A DNA stretch of 64,000 nucleotides from Spiractinospora alimapuensis (GCF_018437505.1 NZ_CP072467.1:3494010-3558009), one strand, 5' to 3'. Shown: positions 48,676-64,000, counted from the first letter of the stretch. Numbers and translations: made by a program. Notes: generated by a model from the letters alone, not told the origin.

Positions 48676-49886
48676 TGGCCACACGTAACCCCGCTTCTCG
48701 TGACGAGCCGGAAGGCCGCAAAGGCAAACGCGACCGTGCCAACGGGGAGGGAACGGTCTACCAGCGCAACGACGGTCGGTGGGTCGCTGAAGCGTACGTA
48801 CTCGCCTCGGATGGTTCCCTGAAGCGCGTTCAGCGCTATGCCCGTACGCGCAAAGCGGCCTATGACAGGCTCACGGCGCTTCAGGAGAACAGCAACCGGA
48901 ACATCGCGGTTCCGAATCGCCCGTGGAAGCTGGGGGAGTACCTCGACTACTGGCTGGAGCACGTGGCCAAGCCGTCGGTGCGGGCGACGACCTACGCCAA
49001 GTACGAGCAGATGGTGCGCCTGTACTTGAAACCAGAGCTCGGCAGTCAGCGACTCGACCGGCTACGGGTCGCCACGATCCAGACGTGCCTCAACGGGCGG
49101 CTGAAAGGAGGCGACTCTATCGCCAAGGTGCACGCGATGCGCACCACGCTCAGCTCGGCGCTGACCCGTGCCATGCGGGAAGAGCTGATCACGGTGAATC
49201 CCGCTCGGCTCGTCACTCTGCCCGCGGAGTCGCCCGAACGGCTCAGGCCCTGGAACGCCGAGGAGGGGAGGCGGTTCCTCGACCACGCCCGAAGCCACCA
49301 CCTGTACCCGGTGTTCGTGCTCATGCTCATCTACGGGCTGCGGCGGGGCGAAGTGCTGGGGCTGTCCTGGGAGGACGTCGACCTGGAACAGGACGTCATG
49401 TCGATACGTCGCCAAGTCCAACGCGTTGACGGTTCCCTCGAACTGGTGGAGGTGAAGACGCGCGCCGGTCGGCGGTCATTGCCGCTGCTGTCCTGGGCTC
49501 GCGACGCCCTGACCGATCAAGCGCAATGGCAGACGCGGAAGCGCCGCACCGCCGGAGAGGCTTGGGTCGATACCGGCCTCGTCTTCACCACCAGGACCGG
49601 GCGGGCGATCCAGCCGCGGAACCTGTCACGCAGCTTCGAACGACTGTCGGCGTCAGCCGGCATGCGCCCTATCCGGCTGCACGACCTGCGGCACTCGGCG
49701 GCCTCGTTGCTCAAGCGTTCTGGAGTCGCTCCGCGGGACGCGATGGAGATCCTCGGGCACAGCCGGATCTCGGTCACGATGGAGATCTACACGCACAGCG
49801 ACGAGGAGACGCAGCGGGAAGGGCTCGGCCGACTGGGCGGGGCGCTCTTCGGCGACGAGGACGAGAACCAGAACGGGGATTCGTGA
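48675..49886 (+). CDS. int: Tyrosine-type site-specific integrase
   Basis: Phage-integrase C-terminal catalytic residues (…R…, HDLRHSAASLL, …Y…). Adjacent to the tRNA attachment site. Confidence 0.9.
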   Translation: MATRNPASRDEPEGRKGKRDRANGEGTVYQRNDGRWVAEAYVLASDGSLKRVQRYARTRKAAYDRLTALQENSNRNIAVPNRPWKLGEYLDYWLEHVAKPSVRATTYAKYEQMVRLYLKPELGSQRLDRLRVATIQTCLNGRLKGGDSIAKVHAMRTTLSSALTRAMREELITVNPARLVTLPAESPERLRPWNAEEGRRFLDHARSHHLYPVFVLMLIYGLRRGEVLGLSWEDVDLEQDVMSIRRQVQRVDGSLELVEVKTRAGRRSLPLLSWARDALTDQAQWQTRKRRTAGEAWVDTGLVFTTRTGRAIQPRNLSRSFERLSASAGMRPIRLHDLRHSAASLLKRSGVAPRDAMEILGHSRISVTMEIYTHSDEETQREGLGRLGGALFGDEDENQNGDS

Positions 49887-49887
49887 C

Positions 49888-49912
49888 CGCGTTGCTGTCA
49901 CTACTGCTGTCA
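49888..49912. repeat. 25-bp direct repeat (copy 2), begins 2 nt after int stop
   Basis: Identical to 39923..39947. Confidence 0.55.
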
Positions 49913-49945
49913 AAGGCCCCTGCCGGATTCCGGACAGGGGCCTTT
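49912..49945. terminator. Stem-loop AAAGGCCCCTG-(ccggattccgga)-CAGGGGCCTTT downstream of int
   Basis: 11-bp perfect stem with an inner CCGGA/TCCGG mini-stem. Putative int terminator, or part of the P arm. Confidence 0.45.
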
Positions 49946-49959
49946 GTGCAGCTTATGGA

Positions 49960-50003
49960 CGTGGGCGTACGTGGACTTGAACCACGGACCTCATCCTTAT
50001 CAG
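49960..50003. repeat. attR: 44-bp direct repeat, lying within the intact tRNA-Ile
   Basis: Identical to 39797..39840. Confidence 0.85.
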
Positions 50004-50035
50004 GGATGCGCTCTAACCGACTGAGCTATACGCCC
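49962..50035 (-). tRNA. tRNA-Ile (anticodon GAT)
   Basis: 74-nt cloverleaf on the reverse complement. Acceptor GGGCGTA/TACGCCC, anticodon stem CATCC/GGATG, loop CTGATAA, T-loop TTCAAGT. Confidence 0.9.
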
Positions 50036-50100
50036 GCAACCGGGGGAAACTTTACCGCATCTGTGCCGTGGCGGCGAACTGGTGCGGTTCTGGGTTCAGT

Positions 50101-51734
50101 CTAGCGTGTGCGGCGGATCCATGCGGCCGTGTTTCCGGGGAGTTCGGGGGTGTGGATGGGGTGGCTGGAGATGAGGATTTCGCCGGGGGGGAGGGGGGTG
50201 GGGGTGGGGCCGGTGTTGACGAGGACGAGGACTGAGGGGTCGCGTCGGAAGGCGAGGACGGGGCCGGTGTTGTGGTGGGGGTCCCAGTCGAGGGTTTCGG
50301 TGGGGGTGAGCTGGCGGCGGATGGCGAGGGCCGCTCGGTACAGCTCGAGCGTCGAGGTGGGGTCGCCGGTTTGGGCTTGGACGGATTCCTCGGCCCAGTG
50401 GGGTGGTTGGGGGAGCCAGGTTCCGTTGGGGCCGAAGCCGAGGGACGCGCCGGTGCGGGTCCAGGGGAGGGGGACGCGGCAGCCGTCTCGGCCTTTCATG
50501 GTGTGGTCGCTGCGCGCGTACTTGGGGTCTTCGATTGAGTCCGGTGGGAGGTCGGCGACCTCTTCGAGGCCGAGTTCCTCGCCTTGGTAGAGGTAGGCGG
50601 ATCCGGGGAGCGCGAGTTCGAGGAGGGCGGCGGCGCGGGCGCGGCGTCGGCCCAGGTCGAGGTCGGCGGCAGGGGCGGTCCCGTCGCTGAGGAGCCATTT
50701 CTCGAGGTCGGTTCCGGGCGGGAGTCCCAGCACGGAGGGCTGGCGCACGGTGTCGTGGTTGGCGAGGACCCATGTCACCGCCGAGGAGACGGATCGGGCG
50801 GCGGCGATGGAGGCGTCGATCACCTGTCGGTAGGCGTCAGCGTCCCAGGGGCAGGAGAGGAAGTCGAAGTTGAAGGCCTGGTGGAGTTCGTCGGGCCGGG
50901 TGTAGCGGACGCGCCGATCGCTGGGCAGCCACGTCTCGGCGACGGCCATGCGGGGCTCGTCGTACTCGTCGAGGACCGCACGCCACTCCGGTACACCTCG
51001 TGCACGTTGGGGCGGTCGAGGTAGGGGTGGTCGGGGTTCGCGTTGAGGTCGTCGAGTCGGTTGCCGCCCTCGACCACGGTCACGTCGCGCAGCGGGTCCG
51101 CGAGGTCCTTGTTGAGCGCGTAGGCGACGTCGATACGGAACCCGTCCACACCACGGTCGGCCCAGAAGCGCAGGATGTCCCGGAACTCGGCGCGGACCTC
51201 GGGGTTGTCCCAGTTGAAGTCGGGCTGCTCACGGGCGAACAGGTGGAGGTACCACTGGCCGTCCGCCACTCGGGTCCAGGCGGGGCCGCCGAAGGTCGAG
51301 ACCCAGTTCGTGGGGGGCAGTTCGCCGTTGGTTCCGCGCCCGTCCCGGAACACGTACCGGTCGCGGGCGGGCGATCCGGGTGCGGCGGCGAGCGCGTCCT
51401 GGAACCAGCGGTGGAGGACAGAGCTGTGGTTGGGGACGACGTCGATCAGGATCTTGAGACCGCGATCGTGCGCGGCGCGCACGAGAGCGTCGAAGTCCGC
51501 CAGTGTGCCGAGCAGGGGGTCCACGTCGCGGAAGTCCGCGACGTCGTATCCGCCGTCGGCCCACCCTGAGGGGTAGAAGGGGGAGAGCCACAGGCCGTCG
51601 ACGCCCAGTGCCGCGAGGTGGTCGAGGCGCTCGGTGACGCCGGCGATGTCGCCCACGCCGTCGCCGTCAGCGTCGGCGAAGCTCCGGGGGTAGACCTGGT
51701 AGATCACGGCGTCGCGCCACCATGGAGAAGTCAC
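50101..51734 (-). CDS. GH13 alpha-glucosidase / oligo-1,6-glucosidase family; frame broken by an apparent 1-nt deletion at ~50986-50991
   Basis: The N-terminus (WWRDAVIYQVYPRSFAD…DVVPNHSS…GFRIDVA) is in one frame and the C-terminus (MAVAETWLP…) in another. The junction reads HEVYR|EWRAVLDEYDEPRMAVAE when one G is added. GTG start with GGAGG upstream. Confidence 0.75.
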
Positions 51735-51771
51735 GTCCCGCCTCCAGCTCGTTCGTCGGGTGCTCGTCGGG

Positions 51772-52790
51772 TCAGGCCCCGGGTCGGGGCGTGGTGTCGA
51801 GGTGGACCGGCGTAGGACCAGTTGCGTGGGCAGTACCACGTGATAGTCCCGGGGCACGTCCCCCTCGAGGGCCGAACCAGCGAGTTGCCCCGCCTGGAAG
51901 CCCAGGTCGTAGACGGGTTGCGCGACCGTGGTCAGGTCGAGAACCTCCGCTACGTCGTTGTTGTCGAAGCCGACGACGGAGATCGCGTCGGGCACCGCGA
52001 CCCTCGAGCGCTGCAGGGTCGTGAGGACACCCATCGCGATGTCGTCGGACTCGGCGAGTACAGCGGTGGGAACTGTATCGCTGGACAGCAGTTCGGCCAT
52101 GCCCGACGCGCCGCCACGGTGTCCCGGCCCACCGATGACGAGCCTGCGGGGCAGGCCGGCCGCCGCCATCGCCTCCGCGTGCCCCCGCCACCGCTCGTCG
52201 GAGGTCCAGGCGAACCCGGTGGCGTCGCGGGATCCGATGAAGGCGACGTCAGTGTGCCCGAGGTTGAGCACGTGCCGGGTGGCCGCGACGGACGCCGCCT
52301 CGTTGTCGATATAGACACTGGGATACTCGTCGACCCGCTGGTTGCAGAAGACCAGCGGCACGCCGAGCTCGTCGAGACGGGCCCGCTCGGTGGTCTTCAA
52401 GTCCAGGGCGACCGCGATCACGGCGTCGGCGTTACGGCTCAGCGGTAGTCGCCGCAGGCACGCGTCGAGCTGGCCGACGTCGCCCACCTGGTACACGAGG
52501 AGGTCGAGGTCCGCGTCCCGGAGGGCGTCGCTCACGCCGGCCAGCGCCACGCCGAAGAACCAGGGCTGGAGGAACGGCACCAGCGCCGCGATCCTCCCGG
52601 TGCGCCCGGTGACGAGCCCGGACGCGTTGCGGGACACCACGTAGGACAGTTCCCGCGCGCAGCGTTCCACCCGGCGGCGAACCTCGGGATCAACCCCGGG
52701 CGCGCCGCGCAGAGCCCGGGACACGGTCGACAGGGACACTCCCGCTCGGTCGGCCACGTCCCGCATGCGCGAACCAGGGGAGTTCTGCAT
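51772..52790 (-). CDS. LacI-family transcriptional regulator
   Basis: HTH MRDVADRAGVSLSTVSRAL plus a periplasmic-binding-like sugar domain. No in-frame stop before the glucosidase. A TGA at 51772-51774 in the +1 frame sits right before the glucosidase RBS, which suggests another 1-nt indel. Confidence 0.65.
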
Positions 52791-53014
52791 GATCCTCACG
52801 GTATGGCGGAATCGACCGTCTTGGCAACGTTTTCACAATCTCCCAGGTGATTTCTTCCCCTATAGCGCACCACAAATGTCTATAGCCCGACTTACGGGTG
52901 TTGACCATGTCACATCCACCTGGCAACGTTTGCACTGTCCGAGTTCGCATCGTCCGGCTGGAAAATCCAGCTCGTCGGCACCAGTGCCGTCGGGACCGTG
53001 AGCGAGGGAGCATC

Positions 53015-54322
53015 ATGTCCGTCCGGCAACGCTCGCAACGCCCGGCTCGTCGGTGGAGCGCTGTCGCGGCGACGGCGGCACTCGGTCTCGTCCTCACCAC
53101 CTCATGCGGGGAGCCACCAAGCTCCGGCGAAGCCGGGAGCGCCGCGGGCCTCGCGGACGACCCCCAGTTCGTCTGGGCGGTGACCGGCGCCGACCGCCAG
53201 ATCCACGAGGACGTGGCCCGCGCCTGGAACGAGGCGAACCCGGACCGACAGGTGGAGATCTTCTTCCTGCCCCCGACCGCCGACGAGCAACGGCAGGCGA
53301 TGTTCCAGGACCTGCAGACCCAGGCGGGACAGTTCGACGTGCTGGGGCTCGACGTCATCTGGACCGGGGAGTTCGCCGACTACGGCTACATCACCAGCAT
53401 GGAGGACCATCGGGACGCGGTCGAGGGGGTGAGCCTCGATGGGCCGCTCAGGAGCGCGGAGTGGGACAACGAGCTCTTCGCCCTGCCCTACTCCTCCAAC
53501 GCCGCCTTCCTCTACTACCGGACCGACCTCGTGGACGAGCCACCGGAGACCTGGCAGCAGCTCATGGAGTCCGGACTGGAGATCGCGGAGCGGGAGGGCA
53601 TCTCCGGCTACGTCGCCCAGGGGGACCAGTACGAGGGTTTCGTCGCCAACTACCTGGAGTTCTTCTGGGCCGCGGGCGGGGAGATCTTCGACTCCGACCA
53701 GTCGCGGAGCGAGTTCCTCGCCGGGGACGCCGCGGACACCGCGCTGAGCTACATGCACGACGCCTACGCCAACGGCCTGTTCGCACCGGGGTTCGACTCC
53801 ATGGTCGAGGACGACGCCCGGGCGCTCTTCCAGGCGGGCGACGCCGTGTACATGCGGAACTGGCCCTACGCGGTACCGCTGATGGAGGGCGAGGGGGGGG
53901 AGGAGACCGCGGTCGCGGGCTCCTTCGACATCGCCCCCCTGCCGACCTTCGACGGCGAGGGGACCACGAGCGCGCTGGGCGGTCTCAACAACGCGGTCAG
54001 CACGATCAGCGACAAGCGCGAACTCGCCGAGGAGTTCGTCGTCTGGGCGGCCACGTCCACCGAGGCACAGGAGGTCCTGGCGTCCCACAATCTTCCGCCC
54101 ACCATGGAACGCCTCTATGACGAACACACCGACGACCGAACGTTCCAGGTGCTCCGTGAGGTCCAGCGGTACTCACAGCCGCGCCCACCGGTCCCCGGCT
54201 ACAACTCGCTCTCACTGGCCATGCAGGACAACCTGCACCCGGCCTACCGCGGCGAGAAGAACCTCGACAGCGCGCTGAGCTCCGTCGACACCGCTGCCAC
54301 CGACGCCCTGAGCAACAGGTGA
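53015..54322 (+). CDS. ABC transporter substrate-binding protein (sugar, family 1 SBP) with lipoprotein signal
   Basis: Signal peptide plus lipobox (LTTSC), SBP_bac_1-like. Followed by two permeases. Confidence 0.85.
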   Translation: MSVRQRSQRPARRWSAVAATAALGLVLTTSCGEPPSSGEAGSAAGLADDPQFVWAVTGADRQIHEDVARAWNEANPDRQVEIFFLPPTADEQRQAMFQDLQTQAGQFDVLGLDVIWTGEFADYGYITSMEDHRDAVEGVSLDGPLRSAEWDNELFALPYSSNAAFLYYRTDLVDEPPETWQQLMESGLEIAEREGISGYVAQGDQYEGFVANYLEFFWAAGGEIFDSDQSRSEFLAGDAADTALSYMHDAYANGLFAPGFDSMVEDDARALFQAGDAVYMRNWPYAVPLMEGEGGEETAVAGSFDIAPLPTFDGEGTTSALGGLNNAVSTISDKRELAEEFVVWAATSTEAQEVLASHNLPPTMERLYDEHTDDRTFQVLREVQRYSQPRPPVPGYNSLSLAMQDNLHPAYRGEKNLDSALSSVDTAATDALSNR

Positions 54323-54327
54323 GGACC

Positions 54328-55224
54328 ATGACGCACTCCACGCCACCGGTTCGTCGACACCTGGGAGAGCGAGCGCTCGGGCGCATCTTCCTCACGCCGT
54401 CGTTCACGTTCATGGCGCTGATCGCCCTGTTCCCCGTCGGCTACGCCGTGGTGATGAGCCTGTACGCGATCCGCGGGTTCCACCAGGACTTCGTCGGGAT
54501 CCGGAACTACGTCGACGCGCTGACGGACGTGAACTTCTACTCCGCGGCGTGGAACACCCTGGTGTTCACCGTCGCGTCCGTCACCCTGGAGTTCGTGATC
54601 GGGATGGCGTTCGCGTTGATCATGCACAACGCGTTCGTCGGCCGAGGCCTCACCCGGGTGGTCATCCTGATCCCCTGGGTGGTCCCCACCGCGGTGGCCG
54701 CCCAGGTGTGGCGCTACATGTTCGACCCCAACCCCGGCTTCGTGAACTCCGTTCTGGGAACGGACGTCAACTGGCTGCGCGACCCGGGCTGGGCCATGGT
54801 CGGCATGATCACCGCCGACGTGTGGAAGACCGCGCCGTTCGTCGCCTTGCTGCTACTGGCCGGACTCCAGACCATTCCGAGGGACTTCTACGAGGCGGCA
54901 CGGGTCGACGGGGCGAACGCTGTGCAGCGCTTCTTCTCCGTGACGCTCCCGCTGCTACGCCCCGCCATCGTGGTGGCCCTGCTCTTCCGGACCGTGGACG
55001 CCCTGCGAATGTTCGACTTCGCCTACATCTTCGCGGGCTACTCCAACTCGCTCGCCACCCTGTCGGTCTACGCCCAGCGCTACCTGGTGGCCGAGCCCCT
55101 CCTGGGATACGCCAACGCGCTCTCAACCATCACGTTCGTCCTGGTGATGGTCGTCGGGCTCCTCTTCATCAGTCGCATGGGCCATTCGATGCTCGGCGAC
55201 ACCGTCCGAGAGGTGAAGCGATGA
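54328..55224 (+). CDS. Sugar ABC transporter permease (MalF/UgpA-like)
   Basis: 6 TM helices and the EAA motif region (…EAARVDGAN…). Confidence 0.85.
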   Translation: MTHSTPPVRRHLGERALGRIFLTPSFTFMALIALFPVGYAVVMSLYAIRGFHQDFVGIRNYVDALTDVNFYSAAWNTLVFTVASVTLEFVIGMAFALIMHNAFVGRGLTRVVILIPWVVPTAVAAQVWRYMFDPNPGFVNSVLGTDVNWLRDPGWAMVGMITADVWKTAPFVALLLLAGLQTIPRDFYEAARVDGANAVQRFFSVTLPLLRPAIVVALLFRTVDALRMFDFAYIFAGYSNSLATLSVYAQRYLVAEPLLGYANALSTITFVLVMVVGLLFISRMGHSMLGDTVREVKR

Positions 55225-56111
55225 CGGCCGCCCACGACGCCCAGCCCACGCTCGCCCGCCGACGCCGCCGCTCGGCCGTCGGCAACATCGCCAAGCTCGT
55301 GGGTCTCGCCCTCGTCCTCGTCTGGTGCCTCTTCCCGTTCCTGTGGATGGCGATGACGAGCCTCCGCGGCGGCGCCATCGCACTCACCGACCCCAACATC
55401 CTGGTCGGACCGTTCCGCATGACCAACTACCAGGACGTGGTCGGGCAGGGGTTCCACTTCGCCCTGCGGAACTCGCTGATCGTCGCTGGAGTGACCACGC
55501 TGATCGGCATTCCCGTGGCCGCACTCGCCGGCTACACGCTGGCACGCCTACCGCTGCGGGGGCGCTACCTGCTGCTCGCCGCGACACTCGTGGTGACGCT
55601 CTTTCCGCCGGTGGCGCTGGTGAACCCGCTTTACCGTCTCTACCTCGAGATCCACGAGCTCGTCGGGATCAACCTATTGAACTCCTACGCCGGGATGATC
55701 ATCCCGTACGTGGCCCTGACGTTGCCGTTGTCCATCTTCATCCTGACGACCTTCTTCGCCAGCATCCCGACGGAGATCGAGGAGGCCGCGAAGGCCGACG
55801 GCGCGACGCCCTGGCAGGCCTTCTCCAAGATCGTGGTCCCGCTGGCGGCGCCGGGGGTGGGGGCGGCGGCGATCCTGACCTTCGTCTACGCCACCAACGA
55901 GTTCCTGCTCGCCTACTCGTTCGCTCCCCGTGACCTCAACGTGCAGACCGTCCCGGTGTTCATCGGGACGTTCGAACGGGTCGGCTACGAGAACCCCATC
56001 GGTCAGGTGATGGCCGCGTCCGTCCTCGTGTCGATTCCCCTGGTCATCTTCGTTCTGATCATGCAGCGCTGGATCGTGAGCGGGTTGACCTCGGGAGCCG
56101 TCAAGGGCTGA
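55221..56111 (+). CDS. Sugar ABC transporter permease (MalG/UgpE-like)
   Basis: 6 TM helices and the EAA motif (EEAAKADGATPWQAF). The ATG overlaps the upstream stop. Confidence 0.85.
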   Translation: MTAAHDAQPTLARRRRRSAVGNIAKLVGLALVLVWCLFPFLWMAMTSLRGGAIALTDPNILVGPFRMTNYQDVVGQGFHFALRNSLIVAGVTTLIGIPVAALAGYTLARLPLRGRYLLLAATLVVTLFPPVALVNPLYRLYLEIHELVGINLLNSYAGMIIPYVALTLPLSIFILTTFFASIPTEIEEAAKADGATPWQAFSKIVVPLAAPGVGAAAILTFVYATNEFLLAYSFAPRDLNVQTVPVFIGTFERVGYENPIGQVMAASVLVSIPLVIFVLIMQRWIVSGLTSGAVKG

Positions 56112-56231
56112 GCGGGGGAACGGGAGCCGGAGCCAGCGCAGGCGCGAACGACGGACGCCTTGTCTCCACAGGTCTGTGGAGACAAGGCGCCATGTCGACA
56201 ATCGCCTCGATCCGGCGGGCGATGCCCCGGT

Positions 56232-56993
56232 CTACTCCGACTCGCTGAGGGTGATGTCCAGTCCCCCCACGAGGTCGGCCGCCAGGTTGTACAGCATGGA
56301 GCCGAACGTGGACAACGCGGTGATGAGGACGATGTTCGCCGCGCCCCACAGGCCGGTGTAGCCGAGCACCTTCGCCGCGGAGAACCAGGTGTCCGGGTTC
56401 AGCCCCAGGTCGTCCTCCTCCCCACCGTCGGTGAGGGAGGTGATCAGCTCGGTGATGGCGTCGAAGACCCCGAGCGCCGAGAGGATCACGTAGACGACGG
56501 ACACGGCGACGAACAGGATGATGAAGCACACCAGCGAGATGACGAAACTGAACTTCATCACCGACCAGGGTTCGACCCGGCTCAGCGTCAGGTGCGCGCG
56601 ACGCACCTCCCGCTCCCCGGTGCCCGACCCACCGCCGGAATCCCCGGGGCCGTCGTCGTCGGACCCACCCGACGACGACGGCACGGGTTGCGGCCGGCCG
56701 CCCGCCGACGAGGAACCCCGCGCGGAAGCGGAGTCGGAGTCACTGTCGGAGTCGCCGCCCGAGGACTCGCTCCGGGAAGCCCTCTCCCGGACGGACGCGC
56801 GGGCGCTGGCCGTGACAGCCGTGGGGGAGTCGTCGTCGGAGTCCCGCGAGTCCCGTTCCCGACTCTCGGTGTCCGTGTCCTCAGCGCCTTCCTCCGTGGC
56901 GTCCGTCTCGGCCTCGGTGGCGTCGGTGTCGTCCTCCTCCGACAGGGTGTCGACACCGACGGAGTCGTCCTGGTTGTTCTTGGCTTTGGCCAC
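56232..56993 (-). CDS. DUF3566 domain-containing membrane protein (conserved gyrA-downstream gene in actinobacteria)
   Basis: Acidic/Ser-Asp-rich N-terminal half, then the DUF3566 TM core (…EPWSVMKFSFVISLVCFIILFVAV…). Confidence 0.7.
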   Translation of the reverse strand: MAKAKNNQDDSVGVDTLSEEDDTDATEAETDATEEGAEDTDTESRERDSRDSDDDSPTAVTASARASVRERASRSESSGGDSDSDSDSASARGSSSAGGRPQPVPSSSGGSDDDGPGDSGGGSGTGEREVRRAHLTLSRVEPWSVMKFSFVISLVCFIILFVAVSVVYVILSALGVFDAITELITSLTDGGEEDDLGLNPDTWFSAAKVLGYTGLWGAANIVLITALSTFGSMLYNLAADLVGGLDITLSESE

Positions 56994-57035
56994 GGTAGCG
57001 CTGCACTCTCTCTCGTTCGGCGCCCAAGAGCTGGG

Positions 57036-59600
<2,565 letters not shown>

Positions 59601-59665
59601 TGGCTGAAGGGTCCTTTTCTGATCGTTCGTGGAGTCGAGGGGACGTCGCCGTCCGTCGCCCGGGC

Positions 59666-61777
<2,112 letters not shown>

Positions 61778-61907
61778 CTACCCGTAATGATACCGTGCGC
61801 AGCGACAGAATGCGGCATCTGCGCCGCTGTACCTGTCAGGGACGCGCGTAATCCCGGTGGGTCGAATCCCCCCACACGGATGACCTTCCCGGAATGCGGA
61901 GCGCACT

Positions 61908-62453
61908 TCAGCGCTCACCGATTCCCCTCCGCCGGGCCCCTCCCGGCCCCCGAACCCGCACCGACTGCACGGCTCCATCGCCGAGTTCCCCATTAAGCCT
62001 ACGCAGCAGCTGCGGTGCCAGTGCCCTGACCTGCGTCGCCCAGGACGGGGAGTCGGCCGTGACCACGAGTTCACCGTTCTCCACCCGTTCCGGACGCACG
62101 TGCGCCGCCAGGCGTTCGCCCACGATCTGCTCCCAGCGACCGAACACGCCGCCGATTGCCACCTGGTCCTGCCAACCGTGTTCGATCAGCCAGGCCCGGA
62201 TCGCCGCGTCGAACGTCTGGGGATCGGTGCGTGCCCGACTGGGCCGCGGTCGGCCACGGCGTCGGTGCGGTGTCGGTGCCGCCCCGCGCTCCCCGCCGCA
62301 CGCGCCTCGGCCAGGGCCCGACGGGCGAGGTCGGCGCCACTGCGCACGTGGGGGGTCGCGTCGGCTCCTGGTCGCGGTTCCTGCTCCGTGGGTGGCGGGG
62401 AGCCCGCCCCGGTCGTCCCGGCGGTGGAGAGGAGCGCGGGCCGCTGTGTCGGC

Positions 62454-62461
<8 letters not shown>
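61908..62461 (-). CDS. DUF721 (Rv0004-like) protein; N- and C-terminal parts are in different frames (apparent 1-nt indel ~62250-62290)
   Basis: The N-terminus MSEPTQRP…[14 protein letters not shown] is in one frame. The C-terminus [18 protein letters not shown]…[14 protein letters not shown]… is in another. Together they mirror Rv0004-type proteins. The start overlaps the recF stop. Confidence 0.55.
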
Positions 62462-63605
<1,144 letters not shown>

Positions 63606-63615
63606 CGCGACCAGC

Positions 63616-64000
63616 CTATTCGTTCGCGGGAGCCTCAGTGGGTCCACCGGAGAGTGAGTGACCACCGAACTGGTTCCGCAGTGCCGAGATCACCTTCATG
63701 GCGGGGGAGGCGTCCTGCCGCGACGCGAACCGGGCGTACAGCGCGGCCGTGATCACGGGGGCGGGAACCGCGTGGTCGACGGCGCTCTGCACCGTCCACC
63801 GCCCCTCCCCGGAGTCCGCGGCCCACGCCGGAACGTCGCGCAGTTCGGGGTCCTCCCGCAGCGCCCGCACCAGGAGGTCCAACAGCCAGGAGCGCACGAC
63901 CGTGCCCTCCCGCCAACTGTCGAGGGTGCCCTCGACGTCGCTCACGAGGTCCGAGGCGGACATGAGCTCGTACCCCTCGGCCAGGGCCTGCATCATCCCG
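63616..64000 (-). CDS. 6-phosphogluconate dehydrogenase (decarboxylating)-like protein, C-terminal part; gene continues beyond window end
   Basis: The sequence matches the 6PGD C-terminal domain (…WLLDLL…AAD…). This is the canonical position between dnaN and recF in actinomycetes. Confidence 0.6.
   Translation of the reverse strand, partial: GMMQALAEGYELMSASDLVSDVEGTLDSWREGTVVRSWLLDLLVRALREDPELRDVPAWAADSGEGRWTVQSAVDHAVPAPVITAALYARFASRQDASPAMKVISALRNQFGGHSLSGGPTEAPANE

Larger units (their letters stand above)
39797..50003 (+). mobile_element. Actinomycete integrative and conjugative element (AICE, pSAM2-like) integrated at the 3' end of tRNA-Ile(GAT)
   Basis: Bounded by 44-bp direct repeats. 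It carries int-xis-repSA-traB(FtsK-like), translationally coupled and adjacent to the intact tRNA. The cargo includes an AT-rich gene. Confidence 0.8.

Noticed and set aside
50096-50773. 225-aa Pro/Arg-rich ORF
   Set aside because: Lies antisense/out of frame within the GH13 gene.
50820-52799. 659-aa ORF suggesting a LacI–alpha-glucosidase fusion protein
   Set aside because: An RBS+GTG for the glucosidase and a +1-frame TGA sit exactly at the junction. A lost stop through a 1-nt indel is more parsimonious than a real fusion.

Overview
This is a high-GC actinobacterial chromosome segment next to oriC, in reverse orientation. The left end carries the conserved cell-wall and division cluster: pbpA (5' partial), pknA, pknB with PASTA repeats, crgA, a rhomboid protease and ppiA. 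The right end carries the DUF3566 gene, gyrA, gyrB, DUF721, recF and a gnd-like 3' fragment. Between them lie housekeeping and accessory genes:

- DUF1707/DUF4870 and DUF427 proteins, a stand-alone LigD polymerase domain, an fdhA-like formaldehyde dehydrogenase, and a DUF1015 gene coupled to a SerA-like dehydrogenase.
- A TetR–GNAT–MFS–sodA–soxR block with a SoxR box upstream of the MFS gene.
- An F420-type luciferase-like oxidoreductase, a WYL regulator, a RidA protein, and a lower-GC Pif1-like helicase with a C-terminal BRCT domain.
- tRNA-Ala, a DLW-39 micro-protein, XRE/DUF5753 regulators, asparaginase, trpS, a BASS transporter and a SIMPL protein.
- An NfeD–flotillin operon translationally coupled to a ~1,670-aa AAA_5 ATPase giant protein, followed by YidC.
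- A LacI/GH13 alpha-glucosidase/ABC sugar-uptake locus.

The main accessory feature is a ~10.2 kb actinomycete integrative/conjugative element (AICE) inserted at the 3' end of tRNA-Ile(GAT). It is bounded by perfect 44-bp direct repeats (39797-39840 and 49960-50003) and carries int–xis–repSA–traB. Its cargo is a markedly AT-rich gene for a tandem SLATT/DUF4231-like membrane protein, followed by an XRE/DUF5753 regulator, an HATPase_c kinase-like protein, an HTH protein and a PP2C phosphatase. I consider this cargo a candidate undescribed signalling–effector (defence-like) module.

Five conserved genes (MFS, soxR, GH13, the LacI stop, DUF721) appear interrupted by single-nucleotide frameshifts. 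These are more likely assembly indels than true pseudogenes. No CRISPR array or rRNA was seen.
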